This document shows, in pieces, positions 1 to 10,740 of a DNA stretch of 64,000 nt (position 1 is the stretch's first letter; each line of letters starts with the position of its first letter). The position numbers were made by a program, and so were the translations under genes. The DNA comes from Endomicrobiia bacterium (GTDB taxonomy: Bacteria > Elusimicrobiota > Endomicrobiia > Endomicrobiales > Endomicrobiaceae). The stretch lies in NCBI GenBank assembly GCA_036245315.1, contig BTIF01000001.1, forward strand, positions 20,788-84,787, written 5' to 3'. The notes beneath the pieces are model-generated. The model had not been told where the DNA came from, made no database searches, and saw only the letters and a list, made by a program, of their open reading frames with translations.

Positions 1-128
1 ATAAATGTTTCAAATAAATGCTAATAAAGTAAATGGTAAATAGAATGAATGTAAATGCATAAAGGAAAGAATGTTATTGTGATTATAAAGTTTTCATAAT
101 GAAAAACAAATGAGATGATAGTTGAGAA

Positions 129-174
129 ATAATGAAAGAGAGAGACAATACAATTCGTCTCTCTCTTTCATTAT
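129..174. terminator. Perfect 18-bp inverted repeat, probable intrinsic terminator
   Basis: ATAATGAAAGAGAGAGAC (129-146), 10-nt loop, GTCTCTCTCTTTCATTAT (157-174); intergenic upstream of miaB. Confidence 0.6.
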
Positions 175-263
175 CAGTATTATATTTGATTTGAAATATT
201 AAATTAAGGTACAAGTTAAGATATTGTGTCTGTCTTTAAAAAGAATGTTTTTAGGATAAAATA

Positions 264-1529
264 TTGAATTACTTAATTAAAACATTAGGTTGTCAGGTAA
301 ATATGTGTGATTCTGATAGACTTGATTCTATTTTTTTAGCTTATGGAGCTTCTAAAGTAGACAATTTTTTAGATGCGGATGTATTTATACTTAATACTTG
401 CTCTGTAAGAATGCAATCTGAACAGAAAACTTTTTCTTATCTTGGTAGAATAGAAGAATTTAAGCAACAAAATTCAGATATGAAGATAGTTGTTATGGGT
501 TGTATGGCTGAAAGACTTGGTTATGATATTAAGAAGCGCTTTAAAAGTGTTGATTTAGTTATAGGTACGAAAGATATTGATAGTGGTGTTTCCAAAATTA
601 TTGATTTATGTTCTTTGAAAAACTCTTTTAAAAAAATAAATTCCGATTTTAAGCTTAGATCTAAAATTGTAAGTCATATTACTATTATGAAAGGCTGTAA
701 TAATTATTGTTCTTATTGTATAGTTCCATTTGTAAGAGGAATTGAGAAAAATTTTGATTATAATACTATAATGAATAAATGCTCTCTAGTTGTGAAAAAT
801 GGTGCTAGAGAAATAATACTTTTAGGCCAAAATGTAAATTCGTATAGGTATAGGAATGTAGATTTTTCTCAATTATTAAAAAATATTGCATCAATAAAAA
901 ATCTTGAAAGGATTAGGTTTTTGACAAATCACCCTAAAGATTTAAATGATAATTTAATAAATGTTATATCTACAAACTCAAAAATGTGTTCTCATATTCA
1001 TCTTCCTATGCAGTCTGCGTCTAATAAGATTCTTCAATTAATGAATAGGAAGTATAGTTATGAATACTATTTATGTTTAATTGAGAAGTTAAGGCTTGCT
1101 ATGCCTGATATAAGCATAACGACTGATATTATAGTGGGGTTTCCTGGAGAAACCGATAAAGATTTTGAGTATACTTTAAATGCAGTAAAAACTATAAAGT
1201 TTGGTGGATTGTATGTTTTTAAGTACTCACCGCGTCCTAATACAAAAGCATTTGAAATGAGTGATAATGTGTCTACGGTAGAGAAAAAGAGACGGCATGC
1301 TATTATACTTAAAGAGTCAAATAAAATTTCCGTTGAAATTGTTTCTAAAATGATAGGAAGTAAACATCAAGTTTTAGTTGAAAAGATTGGAAATGGTTTT
1401 ATGGAGGCGAGAACAAAGAGTGGGCGTAAAGTTTTTCTGAAGATTAACAAAGAACATTATGGTAAGATTCTTAATGTTGTTATAAAAGAAGCAAAGGTGA
1501 ATTCATTGTTTGGTGATGTGATAGATTAG
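264..1529 (+). CDS. miaB: tRNA-2-methylthio-N6-dimethylallyladenosine synthase MiaB
   Basis: UPF0004 N-terminus (TLGCQVN, LNTCSVR, GCMAE), radical SAM CNNYCSYC, DIIVGFPGET, TRAM-like C-terminus; TTG start; miaA nearby. Confidence 0.9.
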   Translation: MNYLIKTLGCQVNMCDSDRLDSIFLAYGASKVDNFLDADVFILNTCSVRMQSEQKTFSYLGRIEEFKQQNSDMKIVVMGCMAERLGYDIKKRFKSVDLVIGTKDIDSGVSKIIDLCSLKNSFKKINSDFKLRSKIVSHITIMKGCNNYCSYCIVPFVRGIEKNFDYNTIMNKCSLVVKNGAREIILLGQNVNSYRYRNVDFSQLLKNIASIKNLERIRFLTNHPKDLNDNLINVISTNSKMCSHIHLPMQSASNKILQLMNRKYSYEYYLCLIEKLRLAMPDISITTDIIVGFPGETDKDFEYTLNAVKTIKFGGLYVFKYSPRPNTKAFEMSDNVSTVEKKRRHAIILKESNKISVEIVSKMIGSKHQVLVEKIGNGFMEARTKSGRKVFLKINKEHYGKILNVVIKEAKVNSLFGDVID

Positions 1530-1618
1530 CTATTTGTTTGTTTTTACTTAAAGTAGTGAGAAATTGTGTTTAAGAATATTTTTTTGCGTAATATTTGGGG
1601 TAAATAAATTTATTTGAC

Positions 1619-2236
1619 TTGTTATATATGAAAGAGTTCATCGCAATTGCAATTACAATTTTTTTGGTGGTATTTATTCTTTTTAAACTTGAGAATAAAG
1701 TTAAATTATTTAGTGAAAATCCATATGAAAATTATATTGCTAAATATTCTAATTATTTTGGTGTTGATTCTTTACTTGTAAAAGTTGTCATGAAAAAGGA
1801 ATCTAATCTATCTCGTAGTGTTGTTTCAAATAAAGGTGCAGTCGGTCTCATGCAAATAATGCCTAAAACAGCTTTAGAGATTGCAAAACAATTAGATATT
1901 GTGAATTATTCAGATAGTAAACTTAAAGAAGTTGAAATAAATATAATGTTTGGGACATATTATTTGCGAAGACTTTTAAATTATTACAATGATAATTTAA
2001 TTTTAGCTTTATCTGCGTATAATGCAGGATTAGGCAATGTTGAAAATTGGTGTAGTAAAAATCGTATGCTTGCTGAAAGAATACGTGAAATACCTTTTAA
2101 AGAGACAAGAAATTATGTTCGATCTATAATGTTCACTTACAAATTATATAAATTTTTGTACGCTTTTAGGAATTGCATATGCTTTAAAAGTTATAAAATT
2201 AAATTTAACTTGCGAAATAGTGGCGTTTCTAATTAA
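1619..2236 (+). CDS. Lytic transglycosylase (Slt domain), N-terminal membrane anchor
   Basis: KES catalytic motif, GAVGLMQIMP, AYNAG, ETRNYV. Confidence 0.88.
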   Translation: MLYMKEFIAIAITIFLVVFILFKLENKVKLFSENPYENYIAKYSNYFGVDSLLVKVVMKKESNLSRSVVSNKGAVGLMQIMPKTALEIAKQLDIVNYSDSKLKEVEINIMFGTYYLRRLLNYYNDNLILALSAYNAGLGNVENWCSKNRMLAERIREIPFKETRNYVRSIMFTYKLYKFLYAFRNCICFKSYKIKFNLRNSGVSN

Positions 2237-2353
2237 ATAAGATCTAGTAAAGCCGTATATTTTCAGTAGTTCTTGTTTTTATGAAAAATGTTTAAGAAAA
2301 GTTAAGGTATAATCTTTTTCGGAGAATAAAAAATTAAAAAGTCTTTAGAGAAA

Positions 2354-4861
2354 ATGACGCCTTTAATGCAGCAATACTGGGATATTAAATCTAGATACTC
2401 TAATATGGTGCTTTTTTTTCGTTTAGGTGACTTTTACGAAATGTTTAGTGATGATGCAATAAAAGTAGCACCTATTCTTGAAGTTGTGCTTACACAAAGA
2501 AATGGGGTTTCAATGTGCGGAGTTCCTTATCATTCAGCGAACTCTTATATAAGAAAACTTATAGCAAAGGGACTCAAAGTTGCTATTTGCGAACAACTTG
2601 AGGTAACTGGAAATGTAAAAGGCATTGTGAAACGCGGAGTTACAAAAGTTATAACTCCCGGGACGGTTTTAGAGGATGTTCTTTTAGAATCAAAGGAAAA
2701 TAATTTTTTAATGTCACTAGTCTTTGATGATGTCTTATTGTCTACTGCATTTGCTGTAGCTGATATATCAACGGGTGACTTTCTTACTTCCGAAATGGCG
2801 TTAAAATCTATTGAAACTGAGATATCAAAATATAATCCAGGAGAACTTATTGTATCTTCTGTTACTACACGAAACAGATCAGTCTTAGATTTTTTAGCAA
2901 AATTTAAAATTCCTATTTCTGATGTAAATGACTCATTTTTTGATTTTGAGGATGCTAAAAAAATGGTATTGAATGTTTTTGGTAATGATGCATTAAAAAA
3001 GTTTAATCTTGATAAAAAAGAAATAATTTGTGCTTGTGGAGCATTACTCGCTTATGTAAGAGAAGTACAACCACGAAGTGTTGATATTTTTTTAAATATA
3101 AAATATATAAATAATTCAAATTTTATGTATTTAGATAGTGTTGCGATAAAAAATCTTGAACTTTTTAGCTCTATATCAAATAGAAAAACTACAAACTCAT
3201 TACTTTCTGTAGTGGATTCTACAAAAACAGCTATGGGGGCAAGAACTATGCGTCAGTGGCTTATAAGACCGCTTTTAGATGTTTCAAAAATTGAAGCTCG
3301 CCAGAGTATTGTAAAATTTTTTATAGATAATTCAGATCTAAGGAAAAAGATAGTTGAAAAGTTGAGAATTGTCTCAGATGTTGAAAGGATAATTGCAAGA
3401 ATTACTTCTGGTAATGTAAACCCTAAAGATATGACGGCATTAAAATATTCTTTAAAAACGTTTAACGATGTTTCTGAAATTATGAGGTGTGAAAACTTAT
3501 TGGATTTTAATATTCCTGATAATAGTCAAGTGATAGATAAAATTTCATCATATTTACTTGATGAACCTTCAATGTCTTTAAAAGATGGTAATGTAATTAG
3601 AAATGGTGTTAATGGTGAACTTGATGAATTGAGAAGAATATCTGCCGATGCAAAGTTTTATATATCTAGTTTAGAGATTAAAGAAAGATCTTTGTCTGGG
3701 ATAGGTAATCTTAAAATAGGTTATACTTCAGTATTTGGCTATTATATAGAAATTAGTAAATCAAATATTGCACTAGCACCTAAGCATTATGTTCGCAAGC
3801 AAACCGTTGCGGCTGGTGAAAGATATATAACAGAAGAGTTAAAAACTCTTGAAGAAAAAATATTATCTGCTCAAGAAAAAATCTTAAGACTTGAAAGTAA
3901 TATATTTAATGCTTTAAGACTGGAAATATCTACTTTTAGCTCTGATATTTTAAAGGCTTCACAGATTATTTCAGAAGTTGATATTTTTTGTGGCTTTGCT
4001 TCAAACGCACTAGAATACAATTATTCCTGCCCTAAAATTTCCTGTAATAGGGATCTTTCTATTAAAGGTGGTAGGCACCCCGTCTTAGAAAGAATATTGA
4101 AAAGTGGTGAATTTACGGCAAATGATATTTCATTTAAAGATGGTTCAAGTATAATGATACTTACCGGGCCGAATATGTCTGGAAAATCTACTTACTTAAG
4201 GCAAACAGCACTTATTATAATAATGGCACAAATTGGGTCTTTTGTCCCCGCTTATAGTGCTAAAATAGGACTTATTGACAGAATATTTACAAGAATAGGT
4301 GCAGGAGATAATCTTGCAGGTGGTGAGTCAACTTTTATGGTAGAAATGACAGAAACAGCGAATATTTTAAATCAATATACAGAAAGAAGTCTTATTATTC
4401 TTGATGAGGTTGGGAGAGGAACATCAACTTATGATGGAATAGCTATTGCCTGGGCAATTATAGAATCTCTTGCAGGGGATAGAAGAAAATCAAAAGTACT
4501 TTTTGCGACGCATTATTTTGAACTTACTAGTCTTTCTAGGACACTTGGAGGAGTAGTAAATTATAGTGTTAGTGTTAGAGAATGGAATGGCAGAGTCATA
4601 TTTTTACATAAAATAGTACAAGGTAGTGCAGATAAATCTTATGGAATATATGTTGCAAAAATTGCGGGTATACCACGCCAAATTATTGATAGAGCTTACA
4701 ATGTTTTAAGTAAACTAGAAGTAAATTATATAGATCCGAAATGTGATAATAATATACAGTTTTTAGAGGAACTAAAAAGCATTGATATAAATACTTTAAA
4801 TCCTATAGAAGCATTTAATTTGTTGTGTGTTTGGAAAAAGCGATATGATAATAATGTTTGA
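2354..4861 (+). CDS. mutS: DNA mismatch repair protein MutS
   Basis: TPLMQQY, FFRLGDFYEMF, Walker A TGPNMSGKST, STFMVEM, DEVGRGTST, FATHY. Confidence 0.97.
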   Translation: MTPLMQQYWDIKSRYSNMVLFFRLGDFYEMFSDDAIKVAPILEVVLTQRNGVSMCGVPYHSANSYIRKLIAKGLKVAICEQLEVTGNVKGIVKRGVTKVITPGTVLEDVLLESKENNFLMSLVFDDVLLSTAFAVADISTGDFLTSEMALKSIETEISKYNPGELIVSSVTTRNRSVLDFLAKFKIPISDVNDSFFDFEDAKKMVLNVFGNDALKKFNLDKKEIICACGALLAYVREVQPRSVDIFLNIKYINNSNFMYLDSVAIKNLELFSSISNRKTTNSLLSVVDSTKTAMGARTMRQWLIRPLLDVSKIEARQSIVKFFIDNSDLRKKIVEKLRIVSDVERIIARITSGNVNPKDMTALKYSLKTFNDVSEIMRCENLLDFNIPDNSQVIDKISSYLLDEPSMSLKDGNVIRNGVNGELDELRRISADAKFYISSLEIKERSLSGIGNLKIGYTSVFGYYIEISKSNIALAPKHYVRKQTVAAGERYITEELKTLEEKILSAQEKILRLESNIFNALRLEISTFSSDILKASQIISEVDIFCGFASNALEYNYSCPKISCNRDLSIKGGRHPVLERILKSGEFTANDISFKDGSSIMILTGPNMSGKSTYLRQTALIIIMAQIGSFVPAYSAKIGLIDRIFTRIGAGDNLAGGESTFMVEMTETANILNQYTERSLIILDEVGRGTSTYDGIAIAWAIIESLAGDRRKSKVLFATHYFELTSLSRTLGGVVNYSVSVREWNGRVIFLHKIVQGSADKSYGIYVAKIAGIPRQIIDRAYNVLSKLEVNYIDPKCDNNIQFLEELKSIDINTLNPIEAFNLLCVWKKRYDNNV

Positions 4862-4973
4862 GTTGTAGTGCAGAAGAATAAATAGGTAAAGTGGGATTGT
4901 AGCGAGTGGTTAAATAAAAACAAAAGGAAAAGAACAAAAAAGTTGAGAAAAGTAGTATTAAAGAAATATCAAA

Positions 4974-6680
4974 ATGTCAATAAATATTTTATCGCACGAG
5001 ACAATCAATAAAATAGCTGCAGGTGAGGTAATAGAACGTCCTTTAAATGTTATTAAAGAACTTGTAGAGAACTCTTTAGATGCTTTTGCTTCTTCTATTA
5101 TTGTTGAAATATTAGGAGCTGGAAAAAAACTTATAAGAGTTTCTGATAATGGCTTTGGTATGGATAAGAAAGATTTGGAACTTTCTATATTGAGACATGC
5201 TACAAGTAAAATTAAAAATTTTAGTGATTTGTCACAAGTTCGTTCATTAGGATTTAGAGGTGAGGCTCTTGCCTCTATAGTAACTATTTCAAATTTTAGG
5301 ATGAAAACTAGGAAGAAAGGTGAATTTTCTGGTTGGGAACTTTCGTCAAATGGTGGGGAAAATGTTGAAGTCATTCCATGGTCAGGAGCGGAAGGAACAA
5401 TATCAGAAATCAGAGATTTGTTCTTTAATACTCCAGCTAGACAAAAGTTTTTGAAAGGTGATTATACGGAACGTTCGAGAATTATAAATTTACTTGAAGA
5501 GATGGCTCTTGCAAACCAAGGTATAACTTTTAAAATGCTTTCTGAAAACAAAAGGATTTTTTTTGCCTCTAAAACGAATAGTAAAATAGAGAGGATTTCA
5601 GATATTTTAGGTAAAGATTTTTCAGGAGTAGTTAAAAATGTAAAATTAAATCATTCTAAGATTTCATTGGATATTTATTTTACAGGAAGAGATTATTCAT
5701 TATCTAATAGGAAATATCAGTATCTTTTTGTAAATTCTAGATCAGTGAATTATCCTAAGTGGCTTATACATTGTATCTATCAAGCGTATAAAGAATTGAT
5801 TCAGCGTGATAGACATCCAGGAGTATTAATTTATGTTGATATAAATCCATCTGAAATTGACGTGAATATACATCCGACAAAAAGGGAAGTAAAATTTGCG
5901 AATGAAAGCAGTGTATACGATATACTTTTGAAGTTGTTAAAAAATGCTCTCATTTCATATGAGCATTCTAAAATGCCTATAAATTTTCCAATGAATGATA
6001 ATATACCTAGTTTTGATAAACGCTATGAGGAGAATTATGTTTCAAAACAAGACAAATACGCTGATACTGTTGTAAAAGAAGAGCTTTCACAAGAGAAATT
6101 TTTTGATAATAATATGAGAATTGTGGGGCAAATTTTTGGTACTTATATTGTTATTGAGAGCGAAGGTGATTTGTGTATTTTTGATCAACATGCTGTTGCA
6201 GAAAGAGTTAAATATGAGCTTTATCTTTCTCAAATAGAAAACCAGACTATCAAAATTCAGCAAGTGCTTATAACTGGAAGTTTTAATTTACCCTCGAGTC
6301 TCTCTGAACTTCTCAAAGTGAATATAGCTTTTTTCAATGAACTTGGAATAATTGTTGAAGAGTTCGGACAAAATTCTTTTAGAGTTACAGCATATCCGGC
6401 ATTACTTGGAAATATATCAGCAGAACAAGTAGTTATGGAAATAGTATCAGATATTGAAAATGATAGAACTTTTAAAGGAATAGAGCAAGTTAAAGATAAA
6501 ATTGTTCGTTCAGCATGTCATGCAAGCATAAGAGCTGGCGATAGTATTACGTTTACTGAAGCTGAGAATCTAATAAATGATCTCTTTAAGTGCAAGCTTC
6601 CTTTTACATGTCCTCATGGTAGAGCTATAGTATATAAAATATCTTTAAAAGAATTAGAAAAATTCTTTAAAAGAAGATAA
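4974..6680 (+). CDS. mutL: DNA mismatch repair protein MutL
   Basis: IAAGEVIERP, KELVENSLDA, LGFRGEALAS, DVNIHPTKREV, endonuclease motif DQHAVAERVKYE, CPHGR. Confidence 0.97.
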   Translation: MSINILSHETINKIAAGEVIERPLNVIKELVENSLDAFASSIIVEILGAGKKLIRVSDNGFGMDKKDLELSILRHATSKIKNFSDLSQVRSLGFRGEALASIVTISNFRMKTRKKGEFSGWELSSNGGENVEVIPWSGAEGTISEIRDLFFNTPARQKFLKGDYTERSRIINLLEEMALANQGITFKMLSENKRIFFASKTNSKIERISDILGKDFSGVVKNVKLNHSKISLDIYFTGRDYSLSNRKYQYLFVNSRSVNYPKWLIHCIYQAYKELIQRDRHPGVLIYVDINPSEIDVNIHPTKREVKFANESSVYDILLKLLKNALISYEHSKMPINFPMNDNIPSFDKRYEENYVSKQDKYADTVVKEELSQEKFFDNNMRIVGQIFGTYIVIESEGDLCIFDQHAVAERVKYELYLSQIENQTIKIQQVLITGSFNLPSSLSELLKVNIAFFNELGIIVEEFGQNSFRVTAYPALLGNISAEQVVMEIVSDIENDRTFKGIEQVKDKIVRSACHASIRAGDSITFTEAENLINDLFKCKLPFTCPHGRAIVYKISLKELEKFFKRR

Positions 6681-6698
6681 CAATTTTTGTTACTGAAT

Positions 6699-7571
6699 AT
6701 GAATAAGAATATAGAAATAATAATTGTTTCTGGACCGACTGCAAGTGGAAAAACAAAAAAAGCTGTTGAGATTTGTAAGGAGAGAAATGGGGAGATAATT
6801 TCATGTGATTCAAGGCAAGTTTATAGATATTTAGATGTTGGTTCAAATAAAGAGGGTGTTCTTTTAAAGAGTGGACTTCGTGAAGTTGATGGAGTTTTAC
6901 AACATCTAACTGATATCATAAATCCCGATCAGAATTATAGTGTTGCAAATTTCGTAGAAGATGCTGATCTAAAAATTACTGAGATTCTTAAAAAGGGAAG
7001 AATTCCAGTTATAGTGGGTGGGACGGGGTTATATATTAAGTCTTTGCTTTACGGACTTGATAAAATGCCAAAGACCAATATAAACTTAAGGGGCGAATTA
7101 AAATCTAAACCTCATATTGAACTATATGATAGACTGTTAAAATTAGATCCAGAATCAGCTAAAAAAAATAAAAAAAACCCACAGAGATTGCTGAGGGCGC
7201 TTGAAGTTAATATACTCTCTAGAAAAACTCTACAAGAACATTTTAAAATTAAGAGTCCAAGATATAAATTTAGTCATTTTAGTATCTTTATTGAGAAAAA
7301 AAATCTTTACAATAAAATTAATGAAAGATGTAAATATATGATTGAAAATGGAATGATTGAAGAAACACAAAAAGTTTTGGATATTGGTTTTAATGAGAAT
7401 TGTTTTGCGTTAAGTGGTATAGGATATAAATATGTTGTGCGATATCTCAGTGGAAAAATTTCACGGGAAAGTTTAATTTCAGAATTTTCAAAAGATACAA
7501 GGCGTTATGCAAAACGGCAAGTTACGTGGTTTAAAGCACAATCTGGTATAGAATTCATAAATGGAAAATAA
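6699..7571 (+). CDS. miaA: tRNA dimethylallyltransferase MiaA (ATG at 6699 preferred to TTG 6687)
   Basis: GPTASGKT, DSRQVYR, VGGTGLY, TRRYAKRQVTWF; follows mutL as usual. Confidence 0.95.
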   Translation: MNKNIEIIIVSGPTASGKTKKAVEICKERNGEIISCDSRQVYRYLDVGSNKEGVLLKSGLREVDGVLQHLTDIINPDQNYSVANFVEDADLKITEILKKGRIPVIVGGTGLYIKSLLYGLDKMPKTNINLRGELKSKPHIELYDRLLKLDPESAKKNKKNPQRLLRALEVNILSRKTLQEHFKIKSPRYKFSHFSIFIEKKNLYNKINERCKYMIENGMIEETQKVLDIGFNENCFALSGIGYKYVVRYLSGKISRESLISEFSKDTRRYAKRQVTWFKAQSGIEFINGK

Positions 7572-9102
7572 AACACTGACAAAGTATGCTGGGAATGTGG
7601 CTTTAGGTACCATGCTTTCTAGGATTTTAGGTTATATAAGAGATAGGCTTGTAGCAAATTTGTTTGGTACGAGTATGTTCGCTGATGCTTTTTATGCAGC
7701 TTTTAGAATCTCTAATCTTTTTAGACGTATATTTGGAGATGGGTCTTTTTCTGTGGCATTTGTACCAGTATTTAACGAATATTTAAATGGTAAAGAAAGA
7801 GCATTAACTCAAAATTTTTTAGATGCAGTGTTTTCAGCTTTATGTTTAATACTTATTATTGTATCTGTTTTAGGCATGTTTTTTGTGCCTGTTTTTACAA
7901 AAATATTTGCAGGAGGATTTTCAGATGATCCTGTAAAAATGCAACTTACTATAGAAATTACAAGACTTATGTTCCCATTTATTTTTTTTATATGTCTTGC
8001 CTCTTTTCTACTCTCTACACTAAACACTTTGCATACATTTTTTTTACCAGCGGTTGCACCAGCGGCATTAAGTTTTTCAGAAGTTTTTTATATTTTCCTT
8101 ATTGCTCCTATAATTGTTCCTGGCAGTCAAATTAAAGGGCTTGCTGTGAGTGTTGTTGTAGGAGGGTTAGTGCATTTTTTTGTACAATACCCAAAACTTA
8201 AAAGTTTGGGTTGGAATTTAAAATTCAAGCTTAATTTAAAACATCCTGGTGTAAAAAAAATTATATCCCTCATGATACCTTCGATTATAGGTTTATCTGC
8301 GGATCAAGTGAATATATTAGTTGATAGTGGGTGTGCCTCTTCTTTAGGGCAAGGTTCCGTAACGGCACTTTATTATTCTAATAGACTTATGCAAATGCCA
8401 CTGGGGATTTTTGGACTTGCACTTGCGACGGTATCACTTCCTGTAATGTCAAATGCTTATTCGAAAAATGATATATTAACTCTTAAAGAGTCTCTTAGCT
8501 ATTCTATAAGATTTACAATCTTTACTTTATTTCCTGCAGCAACAGGATTAATGGTTATTGGATTACCCATAGTTAAACTTTTGTTTGAAGGTGGCAAGTT
8601 TGACTGTTTAGGATCAGTTATGACAAATAATGCTTTATTTTACTATTCTTTAGGACTTCCTGCTTATGCTTTAGTAAAAATTTTTGCTAATGCATTTTAC
8701 TCATTTCAAGACACAAAAACTCCAGTTAGAACAGCAATATGGGCTATGGCGTTGCATATCATATTATGTTTCGTACTAATGTATCGAATGGGCGTGGGTG
8801 GACTTGCACTTGCAACATCTTTATCAGCTTATTTTAATTTATTATTACTTATCATATATCTTAAGAAACGAATAGGTAGACTTAATATCCAACAAATATT
8901 GTTTTCATTTTTGAAAACTTTGTTAGCATCTGTTATTACAGGCATTGTGTCTTATAATGTGTGTAAAATTTCGGAAAGATTATTTATATCAGTTCCTATT
9001 TCTATAATTTCAGGTGTAATGATATTTGTTTTAGTTTCATATATTTTAAAATCCGAAGAGTTGAGGGTAGTTCTTTTTAACATTGTTTCTGGTAAAATAT
9101 GA
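7561..9102 (+). CDS. murJ: Lipid II flippase MurJ (MviN)
   Basis: SRILGYIRD, ADAFYAAFRISNLFRRIFGDG, LYYSNRLMQMPLG, DTKTP; many TM helices. Confidence 0.95.
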   Translation: MENKTLTKYAGNVALGTMLSRILGYIRDRLVANLFGTSMFADAFYAAFRISNLFRRIFGDGSFSVAFVPVFNEYLNGKERALTQNFLDAVFSALCLILIIVSVLGMFFVPVFTKIFAGGFSDDPVKMQLTIEITRLMFPFIFFICLASFLLSTLNTLHTFFLPAVAPAALSFSEVFYIFLIAPIIVPGSQIKGLAVSVVVGGLVHFFVQYPKLKSLGWNLKFKLNLKHPGVKKIISLMIPSIIGLSADQVNILVDSGCASSLGQGSVTALYYSNRLMQMPLGIFGLALATVSLPVMSNAYSKNDILTLKESLSYSIRFTIFTLFPAATGLMVIGLPIVKLLFEGGKFDCLGSVMTNNALFYYSLGLPAYALVKIFANAFYSFQDTKTPVRTAIWAMALHIILCFVLMYRMGVGGLALATSLSAYFNLLLLIIYLKKRIGRLNIQQILFSFLKTLLASVITGIVSYNVCKISERLFISVPISIISGVMIFVLVSYILKSEELRVVLFNIVSGKI

Positions 9103-10394
9103 AAAACGATAAATTTATGCAGATTCCTAAACTCCCTGGAGTTTATGTAATGTGCGATAATATCGGTAATATTATATATATTGGCAAAGCAAAGAATCTT
9201 AAAAACAGAATTTCATCGTATTTCAATGCTGATATAGATTCAAAGGCTACCGCTATTATTATGTCTATGCGAAAGATAGACTATATTTTATGTACATCTG
9301 AAAGAGAAGCATTTATAATTGAAAGACAACTAATAAACAAAATTAAACCACATTTTAATTCTATGTGGAAAGATGATAAATCTTATTCTTATATTAAATT
9401 TTCAATAAATGAAGATTTCCCGCGATTGATATTTACGAGAAGAAAACTTAAAGATTCAGCTTTATATTTTGGCCCTTATCCACAACTTTTCTATATAAAA
9501 AAACTTATTCGGTGGCTTAAGAGACTTTTTAAAATTCGCCCCTGCAAAATAGATCTATTTGAGAAATCTCTTCCTAAGAAAAAAAATGTTAAATCTTGTC
9601 TTTATTATCATACAGAAATGTGCGATGCTCCATGTCTTGGGGAGATTGCATCAGAAGAATATAAACAAAAAATTAGAGGAATTGAATTGTTATTAAATGG
9701 TAAATTTAAAAAGCTGGAAAATGAATGGAAAAAACAAATGTTTAATTTAAGTGTAAAGATGTGTTATGAAGACGCAAAAGAAATAAGAGATAGACTTTAT
9801 GCATTGCAGAGCATGTCTGAAAGAGTTATGATAAGTGAAATTAGTCAGAAAGAGATAAATCAGTTTGTCAAAAGAGCGAGTAGTATAAATGAGTTAAAGG
9901 ATTTTCTGGGATTAAAATGTCAACCTGCAATAATAGAAGGATTTGATAATTCTAATATACATGGGATGGATGCTGTAGCTTCTATGGTTAGATTTCAAAA
10001 TGGAATTGCTGATAAAAGAAATTACAGAAGATTTAAAATTAAGACGGTATATGGTATAGATGATTTTGCAAGTATAAATGAGGTTGTCTTTAGGAGATAT
10101 TCATCATTGATAAGGAAAAATGAAAAGATGCCAGATTTAATTTTGGTTGATGGTGGGAAAGGACAACTTAAATCTGCATTAAATGCATTAAATGAACTTC
10201 GATTACATATTCCTGTGATTTCACTTGCAAAAAATAATGAAGAGATTTTTTTACAAAATAAAAACAAACCTCTGATTTTAAGTAGAAATTCAGAGGCTCT
10301 AAAACTTTTGCAATCCGTCAGAGATGAGGCTCATAGATTTGCTCTGAGTTATCATAGAAGACTTAGGACGAAGAGTTTTTTTAATTCTGCTTGA
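9099..10394 (+). CDS. uvrC: Excinuclease ABC subunit C, compact form
   Basis: GIY-YIG (PGVY..IIYIGKAKNLKNRISSYF), IEGFDNSN, PDLILVDGGKGQL, RDEAHRFA; no C-terminal HhH domain. Confidence 0.9.
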   Translation: MKNDKFMQIPKLPGVYVMCDNIGNIIYIGKAKNLKNRISSYFNADIDSKATAIIMSMRKIDYILCTSEREAFIIERQLINKIKPHFNSMWKDDKSYSYIKFSINEDFPRLIFTRRKLKDSALYFGPYPQLFYIKKLIRWLKRLFKIRPCKIDLFEKSLPKKKNVKSCLYYHTEMCDAPCLGEIASEEYKQKIRGIELLLNGKFKKLENEWKKQMFNLSVKMCYEDAKEIRDRLYALQSMSERVMISEISQKEINQFVKRASSINELKDFLGLKCQPAIIEGFDNSNIHGMDAVASMVRFQNGIADKRNYRRFKIKTVYGIDDFASINEVVFRRYSSLIRKNEKMPDLILVDGGKGQLKSALNALNELRLHIPVISLAKNNEEIFLQNKNKPLILSRNSEALKLLQSVRDEAHRFALSYHRRLRTKSFFNSA

Positions 10395-10426
10395 TATTTT
10401 TGACAGAGTTGTTTTTATTAAATATT

Positions 10427-10740
10427 ATGAAAGAAATACCAAGAAATATCTTAAAAAAATGAAGGATTATCCTATTTCTTATGTGAAAGTTTGGAAAGCT
10501 TGCTTTGAAATAGTTGCAGGAAAAACTTCAACTTATTTACAAATTGCTAGAAAAATAGGTGCTCCTAAAGTTGCGAGAGTAGTAGGTGTGGCGTTAAGTC
10601 GGAATCCTTTTGCTCCAATAATTTCTTGCCATAGAGTTGTAAGGAGTAATGGGAAAATAGGTGGATATTCTGGTATGGGTGGAGTGAGAAAAAAAATGAA
10701 AATGCTCAAATATGAAAAGGAAACTGGAACTGATGTTTAA
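10427..10740 (+). CDS. ogt: Methylated-DNA-protein-cysteine methyltransferase (MGMT/Ogt family), possibly frameshifted near the 5' end
   Basis: TYLQIA..IGAP..ARVVG, ISCHRVV active site, GGYSG; in-frame ATG 10459 and an out-of-frame ATG 10427 across an A7 run. Confidence 0.8.
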
